Assembly (NCBI GenBank): GCA_043820285.1
Contig: JBDRDX010000011.1
Span: 1-57,252, forward strand
From: Patescibacteria group bacterium
GTDB lineage: Bacteria > Patescibacteriota > Gracilibacteria > UBA1369 > JAHKBB01
Direction of reading: 5' to 3'
Length of the DNA stretch: 57,252 nucleotides
Position 1 is the first letter of the stretch. Every line of letters begins with the position of its first letter. This document shows positions 33,590 through 42,621 of this stretch, piece after piece. A program made the translations under genes and the position numbers. A model generated the notes under the pieces. That model saw only the letters and a program-made list of their open reading frames with translations. It was not told the origin of the DNA and did not search any database.

Positions 33590-35962
33590 ATGCTTTTTAA
33601 AACTCACGGAATTTTAGGCATCAACGCGAGAAACCTTTTATATATTAGGCCGTATAATAAAAAAAAGGCGGTCGAGCTCGCCGACGACAAGATCAAGACA
33701 AAAAAGTTCTTGGAGGCTCGTGATATTCCAGTTCCAAAGATGTATGGAGTAATAAAGTCTAAAGAAGAACTCGAGAAGTTTGAGATGGAAAAACTTCCAA
33801 ATAGCTTCGCCCTAAAACCAAATTTTGGGTACGGAGGTGAGGGGATTATCCCAATAATTAACAAAAGAGGAAGTCACTGGATAAAGGTTAATGGAGAAAA
33901 AATAACCAAAGAAGAACTGAATGATCAAATTGTAGATATATTGGATGGACGATTCTCTATTTCAAACGTTTCTGACTCTGCATTTTTTGAGCAACTTATA
34001 ATAAGTCATGATTCCATAGGAAAATTTGCGTACGAAGGACTTCCGGATATACGTGTGGTGGTCCACAATCTCATCCCGGTAATGGCAATGCTCAGAATTC
34101 CCACAAAAGAATCCGGTGGACGTGCAAATCTGCATCAAGGAGCTATAGGCGCCGGAATAGACATAGCGAAAGGAGAAGTCACATACGTGGCGTATAAACA
34201 CAAGATTATTGATGAGATCCCGGGAGTTGGAAAGATAAAAGGAACAAAGATCCCATTCTGGGACGAAATACTGATGATTGCTTCAAAAGCACAACTTGCG
34301 ACAAACCTTGGATATCTCGCAGCAGACATAGCTCTAGACAAAACATCGGGACCACTGCTCATAGAGATAAACGCGAGAGCGGGACTGGGCGTGCAAATAG
34401 CGAATTTAGCACCACTGCGTAGAAGATTGGAGCGAATAGAAGGCGTAAAAGTCACTACACCGGAGAAGGGGATTAGGATTGCGAAGGATATGTTCGGAAA
34501 TGTGATGGAAAAAGAACTCGCTCACAAAACGGGCAAGGAAATCATAGGTGCAGAAGAGGAAATAGAAATTATCTTGGGTGAAGGCACTGTAAAAATAAAA
34601 GCCGCAATAAACACAAATTATGAAAGGACTGTAATAGACGAACAGTTCGCGGATGAAATGAAATTACTCGAAAATCACGATGCATACGATGATGAGAAAT
34701 CCACACTGAAACTAAAATTTTCGATCCGCAGCAAAAGAACTCAAACAATCGCGGATGTAGAACCATTAAAAAATACAAAATATAAAATAATCATAGGAAA
34801 CAGGGATCTCAAAGATTTTCTCATAGACCCATCCAAATCACCTGTGAAAGACATTCAAATCTCAAAAGAATCCAAAAGAATAAAGAAAGAATTGAATTAC
34901 TACGAAATAGATCAACAAATAGTGGATGTTTCAAGTAAATTGAAGTTGTTATACCATTTGCGTCCAACAAATTTGGAAGAAGAGAAAAAGAAGTTCTTTA
35001 AAGATTTCAAATACAATCCGCAATTCAAGTATCCGGAACTTAGATTTGATCCAAGCGAGGTGTACGAAGAGCTCGAGAAGATCGAAACAGACGACACCGC
35101 ACTTGGCAAAGTATTCCAAGCAAAAGTAGAGGAACTCAAAGGGCAGGTAAGCCTAATGGAAAGCATAGGAAAAGACGAATTTACGGAGAAATCCATAGAC
35201 CTGTTTGGCAAACCGGGAAGAGAAGTGCTGGAGGAAGTTGAAGCTAAAATGAAAAAAATTGACTCCATCCCAAAAGACATGGAAGGAACGATGAAAGCTG
35301 ATGAAGTAAAAAAGAGGTTTGATGAAGTGTTCAAAAAATACAAATTAAAAAATTGGAAAGCAAAACTCAAAGATGACTTGGTAGCGGACTGTACAGCCGG
35401 AAAAAGAAACAGGCTATTACTGAGAAAAGACGCAACTTTCAGCGAAGAACGAATAAAAGCGCTTATAGTCCACGAAATTGAAACTCACATTCTTACGGCG
35501 GAAAACGGAAAGAATCAACCATACGAAATATTTAACAGAGGATTGGCGAACTACATGGAGACTCAAGAAGGTCTCGCAATATACAATGTGACAAAACGCC
35601 TGCATTATGGAGACAAACAAAACTACCGCGCATTCGCGCTGGTCATCGCTATCGCAGAAGCACAAGAGAAATCATTCGTAGAAGTTTTTGAAAAGTTACT
35701 TCAAGGAAATATTCCATTAGAAAGAGCATTTAGAACAGCGATAAAAGTAAAAAGAGGACTCACAGACACAAGTAAACCGGGGTGTTTCACAAAAGACCTC
35801 ATCTACTATACCGGCATGAGGAAGATTGAAAAATACGTAGAAGAGAAAGGCGACATAAAAGATCTGTACATGGGGAAATTTTCGCTGGAGGACCTGGAAA
35901 CAGTAAAAAGAATGGAAGGGATAAAACCGCCAAAATATCTCCCCGAATGGCTATCGATGTGA
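33590..35962 (+). CDS. Three-module fusion: RimK-related ATP-grasp ligase (alpha-L-glutamate ligase-like), degenerate retropepsin-like module, DUF1704/MATCAP-like metallocarboxypeptidase (QEGLA motif protein)
   Basis: aa 1-290: GILGINARNLLYIRPYN, FALKPNFGYGGEGI, LLIEINARAGLGVQIAN. aa about 315-420: IGAEEEIEIILGEGTVKIKAAINTNYERTVIDE...YKIIIGNRDLKDFLIDP. aa about 445-790: YHLRPTNLEEEKKKFF, HEIETH (35471-35488), METQEGLAIYN. Confidence 0.8.
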   Translation: MLFKTHGILGINARNLLYIRPYNKKKAVELADDKIKTKKFLEARDIPVPKMYGVIKSKEELEKFEMEKLPNSFALKPNFGYGGEGIIPIINKRGSHWIKVNGEKITKEELNDQIVDILDGRFSISNVSDSAFFEQLIISHDSIGKFAYEGLPDIRVVVHNLIPVMAMLRIPTKESGGRANLHQGAIGAGIDIAKGEVTYVAYKHKIIDEIPGVGKIKGTKIPFWDEILMIASKAQLATNLGYLAADIALDKTSGPLLIEINARAGLGVQIANLAPLRRRLERIEGVKVTTPEKGIRIAKDMFGNVMEKELAHKTGKEIIGAEEEIEIILGEGTVKIKAAINTNYERTVIDEQFADEMKLLENHDAYDDEKSTLKLKFSIRSKRTQTIADVEPLKNTKYKIIIGNRDLKDFLIDPSKSPVKDIQISKESKRIKKELNYYEIDQQIVDVSSKLKLLYHLRPTNLEEEKKKFFKDFKYNPQFKYPELRFDPSEVYEELEKIETDDTALGKVFQAKVEELKGQVSLMESIGKDEFTEKSIDLFGKPGREVLEEVEAKMKKIDSIPKDMEGTMKADEVKKRFDEVFKKYKLKNWKAKLKDDLVADCTAGKRNRLLLRKDATFSEERIKALIVHEIETHILTAENGKNQPYEIFNRGLANYMETQEGLAIYNVTKRLHYGDKQNYRAFALVIAIAEAQEKSFVEVFEKLLQGNIPLERAFRTAIKVKRGLTDTSKPGCFTKDLIYYTGMRKIEKYVEEKGDIKDLYMGKFSLEDLETVKRMEGIKPPKYLPEWLSM

Positions 35963-35963
35963 A

Positions 35964-37121
35964 TTATATCTTCTTTCCTTCTCCTTGTCCCCACCTCATA
36001 TTATCCGCGGCCTGCTCTTTACCTTTTCCAACATTTTTTATCACAATCAAAGAGATGTCATCAGCCTGCAATGCATTGCCAACAAACCTGGAAAATTCAG
36101 TGGCTGTATGATAAGAAATTCCCTCCGGAGAATATTCCGCTGCAAAACGTTTGATATTTTCAATTAACCGGGAAAGTCCAAACATTTCTTCCTGCTCGTT
36201 CTTTGCCTCCACAATCCCATCGGTATACAAAACCACTACATCTCCTACATTCAACTTCAACTCCTGCTCTTTAACAATTTTTGAATTATCCGGAACCATC
36301 CCTAGAGCTATACCTCCGGCCTTAATGGATTCACATTCTCCACTGTCAGCTCTATATACAAGAAGGTATTCATGCCCGGCGCCAACATATGTCATCTTTT
36401 GAGCTTCGTGATCCCAACTGAGCACCACCATTGTCATAAACATGGTGGATCGAATACGAGACTTGAGCTGTTTATTTACGCTCACAACAATGTCGTAGAT
36501 ATTATTTCTAAGCTCGGAAAAAATAGAAACAAGCGTATGAACCATAGTCATCACAAGAGCGGCAGGCACTCCGTGGCCTGTTACATCACCTATATACATA
36601 AGGGTTTTCTTTCCTCCATCGAAGTCAACAAAATCAAAGTTGTCACCACCAACCTCTACAGCAGACCTGGTCTTGGCAACCACCTCAAGCCCCGGAACAA
36701 CAGGCGGTTTTTCAGGCAAAATATCAGTTTGCAGCCGAGCGGCAACACTTAGTTCTTCCGCCATGCGTTTCCCTTCCTTCACAGTTCCGGAGATTTTCGA
36801 AAGACTCTCTGTAATCTTATTGAAGAAAAAAGCTAAAATGCCAATTTCATCAGTACGTTTTGTGTACACCTTTTTGAAAGACCTGCCGGTAACCATGGCT
36901 TTCATCTGTTTCAGGATGGATCTCATTGGCTTCACAACAACAAAGTAGACCCAGAATAAATAAAGTACCAAAACCGCCCCGATGATAATTGCAGCCAACT
37001 CAACCGATATAAAAGGTTCTTTAACATATCCCAGGTAATACACAAACCCCGCGATCAGCCCAAGCAGGATCAAAAAGTGGATGATAAGCTTCCAAATCAG
37101 ACTTTGTTTTATGAACGTCAT
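35964..37121 (-). CDS. Membrane-bound HAMP-domain PP2C (SpoIIE/RsbU-type) serine phosphatase
   Basis: Two N-terminal TMs. HAMP region VKPMRSILKQMKAMV...DEIGILAFFFNKITESL. PP2C motifs GGDNFDF and YIGDVTGHGVPAALVMT, plus LYTDGIVEA and ADDISLIVIK. Confidence 0.85.
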   Translation of the reverse strand: MTFIKQSLIWKLIIHFLILLGLIAGFVYYLGYVKEPFISVELAAIIIGAVLVLYLFWVYFVVVKPMRSILKQMKAMVTGRSFKKVYTKRTDEIGILAFFFNKITESLSKISGTVKEGKRMAEELSVAARLQTDILPEKPPVVPGLEVVAKTRSAVEVGGDNFDFVDFDGGKKTLMYIGDVTGHGVPAALVMTMVHTLVSIFSELRNNIYDIVVSVNKQLKSRIRSTMFMTMVVLSWDHEAQKMTYVGAGHEYLLVYRADSGECESIKAGGIALGMVPDNSKIVKEQELKLNVGDVVVLYTDGIVEAKNEQEEMFGLSRLIENIKRFAAEYSPEGISYHTATEFSRFVGNALQADDISLIVIKNVGKGKEQAADNMRWGQGEGKKI

Positions 37122-38746
37122 TTTTTGTTTAGTGATGTTTTTATATGTCTTAGTATGTTCTTTGGTATTTTGTTTTCAATCAAGGGAAATACCTTTTTTG
37201 ATACTACCTTATCGTCACATAAAAGTAAATGAGCCAAGTATTCACATGACGAGTTGTAATCCAAATTCGCAAGAATATCTATAATCTTTGTTTTAACTTT
37301 CTCCGGCAACAAATCCGAACTGAGAGCTTTTGAAAATATTGCAAAAACGCCACTGTGACCCTTTTGCATCAATATTTCTACAGCATCTTCTTTATCGTGA
37401 ACCGAGGAATTTTCGTCAAAAAGCAAAGCTACCGCCGAACGGGTATATTGCTTTCGGGATCGAAGCACATACCCCATCATAAATACGGCGGTAATAGCCA
37501 AAGCCGCATTTGTTGTCAGTAAAAGCATTTCACCCTTAAACAAAAATTGCAGAACAACGATTATGGACATTCCGATAATCGCGGAGAACGGCCTGACAAA
37601 ACCATCTAAAAACTCCCTGCTCAATTCTCTGGACTTATCGGGCAGTATATAAAAAGCCGAATGATAGGCATTTTTAAAAATCGCATTCGTCATTTCCGTA
37701 TTGTTCTTTGCAAATACACCCGTTAAGTATGAGAAATTCAGTGTAAGTCCAAGAACACTTAAAAAAGCAACCATAGGATATAAAAGTATGCTTGAAACAA
37801 CTCCCAGACTTGCAATAATCCTGCTTCCGGCAAAAACCTGTATGAATAAAGCGGACCCACCAAACAGAATCTGCAGCGATCCCAACGCGTGTACGAGAGC
37901 GTGCTCATAAGAACTCACCGTTTGAGGCAAGTCCATATCCGACATAACAGACGCGGAAATCGATTTGGTGTATTGAAATTCCATCAGGCTGAAAAACAGC
38001 CACTGAAATAGAACTATAAACACCAACGTAGCCAAAAACGGGGTCTTTCTCGACCTTCCAATCCCTTTAACAAGAATGTCTATGAATGTGGATTTTTTCT
38101 TTTGGGCCTCAGAAATTTCTTCTGAATATCCCCCCCCCAAATACCTATTAGCCAGTGAAAGCGCCGGCACAATCATCAAAATCGAAAAAATCCACAAATA
38201 CAAAAAATTATGAGGCTCAACAATCTCAGATAACGTGGCTAAAACAATACCGGCCAGAAGAATTGCAACCGTATCAGCAGATTCTATAACAGGGAAAGTC
38301 CTCTGACTCGAAAGCGGAGTGAAGAATCTCTCGACAAACGCGGCGATGAGGATATTAAGCTGATACAAAAAGAATGATTCAGCGAATATCAAAACCGGAA
38401 AGATGAAAACATTACTATTTTTCATCAAAAGCGTCGCAAGCAGAATTACAACAGACGCTGTAAGAACCGTCCAAATGATGAGGTGGGAATTCTTAAATCT
38501 ACTAACCAATCTGGTATAAACAGTCCCGCTTGCCAGGATAAAAAGACCATTGGCCATAAAAAGAAATGGTAAATACTTGATCCCATAATTACTAACCAAA
38601 AGAGCAATTATGACAGTCCATCCCACGACAAACCCAAATCTATAAAAGAACTTCACAAAGAAGCACGCACAAACACGCGATAATTCGTTCGACTTCACAT
38701 TCAAAAATCGGGTCAGAAACGTTTCTTTGGCTCTTTTACTAACCAT
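37118..38746 (-). CDS. Polytopic membrane protein (MFS- or ATP/ADP-translocase-like transporter fold) with a cytoplasmic HEAT-like C-terminal repeat region
   Basis: About 11-12 predicted TM segments. C-terminal helical repeats (EDAVEILMQKGHSGVFAIFSKALSSDLLPEKVKTKIIDILANL). The family call is tentative. ATGA overlap with the PP2C gene. Confidence 0.35.
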   Translation of the reverse strand: MVSKRAKETFLTRFLNVKSNELSRVCACFFVKFFYRFGFVVGWTVIIALLVSNYGIKYLPFLFMANGLFILASGTVYTRLVSRFKNSHLIIWTVLTASVVILLATLLMKNSNVFIFPVLIFAESFFLYQLNILIAAFVERFFTPLSSQRTFPVIESADTVAILLAGIVLATLSEIVEPHNFLYLWIFSILMIVPALSLANRYLGGGYSEEISEAQKKKSTFIDILVKGIGRSRKTPFLATLVFIVLFQWLFFSLMEFQYTKSISASVMSDMDLPQTVSSYEHALVHALGSLQILFGGSALFIQVFAGSRIIASLGVVSSILLYPMVAFLSVLGLTLNFSYLTGVFAKNNTEMTNAIFKNAYHSAFYILPDKSRELSREFLDGFVRPFSAIIGMSIIVVLQFLFKGEMLLLTTNAALAITAVFMMGYVLRSRKQYTRSAVALLFDENSSVHDKEDAVEILMQKGHSGVFAIFSKALSSDLLPEKVKTKIIDILANLDYNSSCEYLAHLLLCDDKVVSKKVFPLIENKIPKNILRHIKTSLNKK

Positions 38747-38843
38747 ATCTATTTTTATTTATGTATATTATAACATATCCAAACCCCATTGTCACGTATT
38801 TACAGGTTGATAAATCGAAGCCTAACCAGGATAATTACAAGGC

Positions 38844-40373
38844 ATGGGAAAATTGAACAAAATAGAGAAACTAATCCCGGGAGCGGTACTGCTCGGAATT
38901 TCATCGTTGCTGAGCAGGGTACTGGGACTTGTACGAGACAGAATATTAGCGGGGAAATTCGGGGCATCTGAAGGAACCGGAATATTTGATATAGATGTAT
39001 ACTACGCGGCCTTCAGAATCCCGGATTTTCTGTTTGCCGTACTCATAATAGGAGCGGTTTCGACAGCATTCATACCAATATTCTCCAGATATATTGATAA
39101 GAAGAAAATGAAGGAGGCATGGGACTTTGCCAGCAACAGCCTCAACTTAATTGCTGTTGCCCTCTTGGTCTTAGCCGTAATCGCATTCATACTTGCGCCG
39201 CAAATAGTCAAGATTCTTACCCCGGGATTCCATCCGGAAAAACTGGAGCTCACGGCAAAGGTAACGAGAATCATGCTTTTAAGCCCCATCTTCTTCGGGT
39301 TGAGCAGTATAGCTCAGAGTATCCAAAATACATTCAAAAAATTCTTTTACTATGCGCTGGCCCCAATTCTGTACAACTTAAGTATCATAGTTTTTGCATA
39401 CTTTTGGAGCGATCAATATGGAGTATATGCGGCAACAGCGGGTGTCATAACAGGCGCACTGCTGCATTTCCTCATACAAGTCCCGGCAATCGTAAAGCTT
39501 GGATTTAAATACAGGCCGATATTCGACAGAAAAAGAGAAGACTTCAGAGAAATGGTTAGACTGTTAATACCAAGAGTTTTGAGCATTTCCTCACTACAAA
39601 TAAATCTCGTAATAGAGACATTGATCGCATCCACACTGGCAACCGGATCCGTAGCAATTTTAAATTACGCGTACAATCTAAATAGTTTGCCAATGGGAAT
39701 AATCGGCATTTCAATAGCCATAGTCTCATTTGCGACATTTTCCACACTGGCAGGCCAAAAGAAACATTCAGAACTTACAAGAACAGTAAGAAAGAACTTA
39801 ACGAACATATTATTCTTCATAATTCCATCAATCGCGGGATTAATCGTCCTAAGAGAAGAAATAGTTACACTAATATTGGGAATAGGGAAGTTTTCAGCGA
39901 GTGACATCCACATAACCGCAAACATGCTCGGAATAATGGCCTGTGGACTTATAGGACAAGCCACAATCCCATTACTAGCCCGCGTTTTCTATGCATACAA
40001 AGATACAAGAACTCCAATGAAACTCACGGCGGCAATTGTGGCAATAAACATTATCCTGGGAGTTACACTCGTATTTGGACTTGATCTTGGGATATATGGC
40101 ATCGCAATAGCCTCCGCTGTTGCAAATTTAATAGGATTCGCCATATTTGTAACAGGACTAAAAAGTAAAGACGTCAGACAAGTTTTGGACGTAAAGAGGT
40201 TAACGAAATTTATTTTGATAAGCATCGCAATGGGAATTATAACTTTCTTCCTCAAAGAGATCACAGAAAATCTCTTGCTAAACACAATGGCGGTAATAGT
40301 GATCGCTGCAGGATTTTACTTCGCCGCAGCAGAAATTACGAAAGCAATGAGCATTCGCGAATTAAAATCTTGA
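38844..40373 (+). CDS. murJ: Lipid II flippase MurJ
   Basis: 509 aa. LLSRVLGLVRDRILAGKFGA N-terminus and about 14 TM segments. Confidence 0.9.
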   Translation: MGKLNKIEKLIPGAVLLGISSLLSRVLGLVRDRILAGKFGASEGTGIFDIDVYYAAFRIPDFLFAVLIIGAVSTAFIPIFSRYIDKKKMKEAWDFASNSLNLIAVALLVLAVIAFILAPQIVKILTPGFHPEKLELTAKVTRIMLLSPIFFGLSSIAQSIQNTFKKFFYYALAPILYNLSIIVFAYFWSDQYGVYAATAGVITGALLHFLIQVPAIVKLGFKYRPIFDRKREDFREMVRLLIPRVLSISSLQINLVIETLIASTLATGSVAILNYAYNLNSLPMGIIGISIAIVSFATFSTLAGQKKHSELTRTVRKNLTNILFFIIPSIAGLIVLREEIVTLILGIGKFSASDIHITANMLGIMACGLIGQATIPLLARVFYAYKDTRTPMKLTAAIVAINIILGVTLVFGLDLGIYGIAIASAVANLIGFAIFVTGLKSKDVRQVLDVKRLTKFILISIAMGIITFFLKEITENLLLNTMAVIVIAAGFYFAAAEITKAMSIRELKS

Positions 40374-40405
40374 CACAAAAAAAGACATTAAATAAAATGC
40401 AATCA

Positions 40406-40452
40406 CTGCCGGTCCTGAGGTTCATCCTCCTTCCACCTCTACCGGCAGATTT
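40406..40452. terminator. Candidate bidirectional hairpin between convergent murJ and ribD
   Basis: CTGCCGGT (40406-40413) pairs perfectly with ACCGGCAG (40441-40448). An inner GAGG/CCTC pairing is possible. Followed by ATTTT. The loop is large, so confidence is low. Confidence 0.3.
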
Positions 40453-41415
40453 TCAATAAAGCTTAGCAAATCCCTCCAGTAATTCGTCGGTGCCGACTTC
40501 AGCGGTAGAAGCCCTCAGAAATTTCGGGGGAGGAGTGTCAAAAGCATTCAGACCATCTCCAAAGTACTTCGGAGCCACAAAAAAGCAATACTTATCCACA
40601 AGGCCGCTTTTTACAAAAGCATTATTAATCCCATTTCCGCCCTCTACAAAAACACTGCGCACACCTTTCTTCCACAAATCTTCCAGCAATTTTTTGAGAT
40701 CCGCCCTCTTTTTGATAACAAGCACATTCCCGTCTCTGAACACATTGTAATTTGAAGGGATCTTACTTTCCCCAAGAATAATACGAAGCGGCTTATTTAC
40801 GGCGGAAAGCATCGGATTATCAGCAAGCACAGTCCCGGATCCAGTCAAAATCGCGTCATAATGAGACCTCAATACGCGAGCATATTGCCGTGCCTCTTTT
40901 GAAGTTATCCACTTCGACCTCCCATTTGCATCCGCAATCTTAAAATCCAGCGTACATGCAGTCTTTAGCACAACATAGGGCAGGGAAGCCGTCATATTCT
41001 TTATATAAGGCTGATTTAACATCCTTGCCTCATCTTCCATCATCCCAACCATGACCTCTATTCCAGCCCTCCTGAGAGCCTCAATGCCTTTCCCATTTAC
41101 AAGCGGATTTGGATCTTTCATCGCAACAAAGACTTGTTTTATACCAGCCTTGGCAATCACATCCACACAAGGAGGAGTTTTTCCATGATGGCAACAAGGT
41201 TCAAGAGTTGCATACAGGGTGGAGTTTCGCGCAGTTTCCCCGGCTTTTTTAATGGCAACAACTTCAGCGTGATCCTTTCCGGCCTTTTCATGAAAACCAT
41301 CTCCGATAACCCTATTGGATTTAACCAAAACAGCTCCGACACATGGATTTGGAGATGTTTTGCCAAGCCCTTCACGTGCGAGGCTGAGCGCTCGCTTCAT
41401 AAAACGTTCTTTCAT
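40453..41415 (-). CDS. ribD: Riboflavin biosynthesis deaminase/reductase RibD
   Basis: CDA zinc motif HAEVVAI...LEPCCHHGKTPPC. C-terminal reductase domain (SVFVEGG). Confidence 0.9.
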   Translation of the reverse strand: MKERFMKRALSLAREGLGKTSPNPCVGAVLVKSNRVIGDGFHEKAGKDHAEVVAIKKAGETARNSTLYATLEPCCHHGKTPPCVDVIAKAGIKQVFVAMKDPNPLVNGKGIEALRRAGIEVMVGMMEDEARMLNQPYIKNMTASLPYVVLKTACTLDFKIADANGRSKWITSKEARQYARVLRSHYDAILTGSGTVLADNPMLSAVNKPLRIILGESKIPSNYNVFRDGNVLVIKKRADLKKLLEDLWKKGVRSVFVEGGNGINNAFVKSGLVDKYCFFVAPKYFGDGLNAFDTPPPKFLRASTAEVGTDELLEGFAKLY

Positions 41416-42603
41416 TTAAACTTTGTTCAAAATATGCCCCATTTTATTTTTCTTCGTCTTCAAATATTTACGATTACCACTGGAAGGGGATACCTCTATA
41501 GGAACTCTTTCTACAATCTCAAGCCCATGACCTTCAAGCCCAACAACCTTGGTCGGATTATTTGTCAAAAGCTTTATTTTTTTCAGCCCAAGATCAGACA
41601 AAATCTGCGCACCAATACCATAATCCCGAAGATCATTAGGAAATCCGAGCTTTTCATTGGCCTCAACGGTATCAAGTCCCTTGTCTTGCAAATTATACGC
41701 ATGCAATTTATTCACCAGCCCAATACCACGACCTTCCTGACGCATATACACAAGAACACCGCCCTTTTTACCGATCCGCTCCATTGCAAGTTCAAGTTGA
41801 ACACCGCAATCACAACGGCCGGATTTGAACAGATCTCCGGTAATGCATTCAGAATGCACACGTACGAGTGGTACGCCCTTGTAGGCCTTCTTCAAAGCGA
41901 CATGCTCATATCCATCCAAAAGATTTCGATACACAAACATATCAAACTTTCCATGAGGAGTAGGCAAAGTGGTTTCCGCAACTTTTTCAATAAACTTCTC
42001 CCTGCTTCTCCTATACTCAATGAGATCCTTAATATTGATGATTTTAAGCCCGTGCTTCTTCGCAATCTTCTTTAAATCCGGCAGTCTGGCCATCTCCCCG
42101 TCATCACGTGCAATTTCACAGATCACGCCAGCCGCAGGCAGTCCAGCCATCGCAGTAAGATCGCAAACAGCCTCTGTATGCCCGGCTCGTTTAAGGACAC
42201 CTCCATCCTGAGCAACAATAGGGAAAATATGCCCGGGACGTCTAAAATCCTTCGGATTGCTCCCTTTGCTCAAAATAGCCTTCACAGTCTTTGCTCGATC
42301 GGAAGCAGAAATTCCCGTAGTCGTGCCTTTCTTATAATCTACCGAAACCGTAAAATTGCACCCGGTGGACTCTGTATTGTCCGAAACCATAGGGAGCAAA
42401 TTAAGCCTTTCCGCGTATTTCTTCGCGATAGGCATACAAATCAGTCCACGCCCCTCTTTAGCCATGAAATTAACCTTCTCGGCGGTAATAGCGGAAGCGG
42501 CTACAACAAAATCTCCCTCATTTTCGCGATCCTCGTCATCGACAACAATAACAACCTTTCCGAGCCTGATATCGCTCACAGCTTTTTTAATATCGTCGAA
42601 CAT
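41416..42603 (-). CDS. ribBA: Bifunctional 3,4-dihydroxy-2-butanone-4-phosphate synthase / GTP cyclohydrolase II
   Basis: VVDDEDRENEGDFV (DHBPS). VRVHSECITGDLFKSGRCDCG and YMRQEGRGIGL (GCH II). Confidence 0.92.
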   Translation of the reverse strand: MFDDIKKAVSDIRLGKVVIVVDDEDRENEGDFVVAASAITAEKVNFMAKEGRGLICMPIAKKYAERLNLLPMVSDNTESTGCNFTVSVDYKKGTTTGISASDRAKTVKAILSKGSNPKDFRRPGHIFPIVAQDGGVLKRAGHTEAVCDLTAMAGLPAAGVICEIARDDGEMARLPDLKKIAKKHGLKIINIKDLIEYRRSREKFIEKVAETTLPTPHGKFDMFVYRNLLDGYEHVALKKAYKGVPLVRVHSECITGDLFKSGRCDCGVQLELAMERIGKKGGVLVYMRQEGRGIGLVNKLHAYNLQDKGLDTVEANEKLGFPNDLRDYGIGAQILSDLGLKKIKLLTNNPTKVVGLEGHGLEIVERVPIEVSPSSGNRKYLKTKKNKMGHILNKV

Positions 42604-42621
42604 AGCGGGGACAAACTACCA

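Noticed and set aside
41134-42075. 313-aa plus-strand ORF
   Set aside because: It is antisense to the well-supported ribD/ribBA genes and has no recognisable motifs. It is a shadow ORF.
42604-42621. FMN riboswitch upstream of ribBA
   Set aside because: I looked for one, but only 18 nt separate tsf from ribBA, and nothing resembling the conserved FMN element core was seen nearby.
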